The notes beneath the pieces were generated by a model, which did no database searches, was not told the DNA's origin, and was given only the letters and a program-made list of their open reading frames with translations. 64,000 bases of DNA from Takakia lepidozioides (Eukaryota; Plantae; Bryophyta). The stretch is from NCBI GenBank assembly GCA_030704615.1, contig CM060732.1:48050001-48114000 (forward strand). The letters run 5' to 3'. Position 1 is the first letter of the stretch; the number at the start of each line of letters is the position of its first letter. Below are positions 62,128 to 64,000 of this stretch, piece after piece. A program made the position numbers and the translations under genes.

Positions 62128-63039
62128 CAATCCACCGATTGATGTCACAAAGATGTATACCTTTCTGCTGGAAGACAGTTTACGTTTCCTTTGGGAGGCG
62201 TCATATATATATATATAAGACATCTGGACAAGCAAAATTTAGCCCAATGGTAAGAGCATAAGCCACATTATTAGTTGATTATGGGTTCAAACCAGTGTTT
62301 GGACTAGTATATGGTTTAAGATCTGGTATATATATTGGTATTGATACTCGTATTTGATAAGAAACCAGTCTGATATATGGTTGGGTTAATCGCTATGCCG
62401 GTACTAACCCCCAGGTTGCTAGCCAGGGTTGCTATTCCGTGAGCCTGGAGGCATGAGCCTGTGAGCCCAGGAGCCAATGAGCCCAGCATAGGCTCACGCC
62501 ACGTCAGCATGGAATTTTGAACTTGCAGGGCCTATTTCCGAGGGAGGCGCATATTTCCGCGGATTGATTAACCATTTTCAGTCATTGCAAATGACATTTG
62601 TTACATCCTTCCATCCATCTGTTTCATCCATTTAGACATGGTTTACATACCAAGTCTTTGCATGCTAGGAAATAGATGAATGTTGTTGTGTTTGAATGGA
62701 ACATTATCTGGGATGTCCGGGATGAAATAGTGGAAGTGGATGCATAGTCCTCTGCGTAGATGAATGTGACTACATCGTGTGTGTACGTACATATGCAATC
62801 CCGCACATGTAACACCCAATAATGCATATGCAATCATATAGAGAAAGAATCCGATACAGGCATGGAGGTGGACAGACACAGAGGGAGAGACGATGGCGGA
62901 CGCTAGAGGGGTGGAGTGGGCAGTGTCTCTAGAGGTGATTATTTGAGAGGGTCGGATGGAGTTAGCAGGAAGGCAAAGTCGTGGAGCTTATGTGCAGCAA
63001 ACCATCCTCAACAAAAATGAATCTCAAAACAGTTTTCTT

Positions 63040-64000
63040 AGGGGTTTTTTTTTTTTTCAAAACAAGGGACAATGGCCCTCATATTTCGTATGCGCCGCTA
63101 TCCATGCCTTTGCCAAAATCATGCATTCACCCTTGCCTTGCTGCTAGCAGCTGACAACGAAACGCATATCAGACAACGGTGTTTTTTTTTAAACGCCAGC
63201 GCATATCAGACAACGTCGTTTTTTTTTTTTTCGGAAACAATTTAAAAAAATTGTTAATGTTTTTTAGAAATTTTGCTTTACACAAAACAGGGGACAGTGG
63301 CCCTCATATGCATCGGCGCTTATCAGACAATAGTGTTTCTTTTTTGGTTTTAAATAATGTTTTATTTTTCATTTTTTTAATTGTTTTTAATTTTTGTTTT
63401 ACAAAACAGGGGACAGTGGCCCTGATATTTTGTATGCGCCGCGCATACAAGACAATAGTGTTTCTTCTTTTTAATTTTCTAATATTTGTTTTTATTTTTT
63501 TAAATATTTGTCTTACAAAACAGGGGACATGGCCCTGATATGCGCCGGGCATATCAGACAACAGTGTTTATTTTTATTTTGTTTTTCAATTTTCAATTTC
63601 AATTAATTGTTTCAATTTTTTTTGTTCTACAAAACAGGGGACAGTCGCCCTTATCTTTCGTATGCGCCCGCGCATACAAGACAACAGTCTTTTGTTTTTA
63701 AAAAATATTAAATTTTAATTGTTTTTGTTTTTTCCAAAATAGGGGACAATGCCCCTCGTAGGCGCCAGCGCATATCAGACAACAGTGTTTTTTTCTTAAT
63801 TTGTTTTAACTATTATTTTATTTTAAATTTAAACTGTTTCAATTGTTTTTATTTTTTGTTTTACAAAACAGGGGACAGTGGCCCTCATATTTCGTATGTG
63901 CCGGCGCATACCAGGCAACACTGTTTTGTTTTTAAAAAATATTTTTTAATATTTGTTTTTAAATGTTTTAAATTTGTTTTACAAAAGAGGGGACAGTGGC
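63040..64000. repeat. Tandem array, ~118-bp unit, at least 8 copies, runs off the window end
   Basis: Core aaaacaggggacagtggccctcatatttcgtatgcgccggcgcatatcagacaac at ~63060, 63285, 63403, 63517, 63631, 63737, 63864 and 63983, separated by T-rich spacers. Confidence 0.9.

Larger units (their letters stand above)
57589..62217. mobile_element. Second copy of the SINE, fragmented: head 61389-61421 (-), middle 57589-57621 (-), 3' half 62128-62217 (+)
   Basis: rc(61389-61421)=ccaaattgtagcccagtggtaatgggcacatac; rc(57589-57620)=aaaccacctcggaagtagttgtggattcaaac; 62128 caatccaccgattgatgtcacaaag...ggcgtcatatata. These align consecutively to 51108-51265. Confidence 0.8.

Noticed and set aside
62230-62300. 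Third SINE or tRNA (A box 62240, B box 62284)
   Set aside because: The boxes are present but no tail, TSD or cloverleaf could be established, so it is not listed as a feature.
63040-64000. CRISPR-like repeat-spacer pattern
   Set aside because: The spacers are mutually similar low-complexity T-rich tracts, which fits a diverged satellite.

Overview
Eukaryotic nuclear DNA, most likely from a non-seed land plant. This is inferred from moss/hornwort-style PLS-PPR motifs, Tcn1-like chromoviruses and intron structure; the species cannot be named. There are two intact genes: a 25-exon exocyst SEC3 (19932-34667, +) and a 2-exon GT92/DUF23 glycosyltransferase (38225-41065, -). The first 18.4 kb holds many broken copies of one unusual gene family. 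Overlapping fragments reconstruct a gene with tandem OSB-type PDF ssDNA-binding motifs (WWDNR...PDFK...SLW...P.WV) fused N-terminally to a PLS-class PPR array, and a closely related E-DYW pseudogene lies nearby. Intron-containing pieces of this family are the cargo of two different non-autonomous CACTA elements (2242-8162 and 10597-15822); the first is inserted, with an ATA TSD, into a copy of its own cargo family. More than half of the SEC3 introns end in G/purine-rich tracts instead of polypyrimidine tracts, and two use GC donors. SEC3 introns also hold five copies of a LINE tail associated with (CT)n and a TRIM with a tRNA-like sequence in each LTR. In the right part, two related Tcn1-like chromoviruses (a self-priming PBS survives in one) sit 33 bp apart inside one tRNA-derived SINE, and a ~9.6 kb inversion separates one of them from its 3' LTR. 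Also present are an L1, two MITEs and a terminal ~118-bp satellite carrying a 64-bp piece of the PDF-PPR intron.
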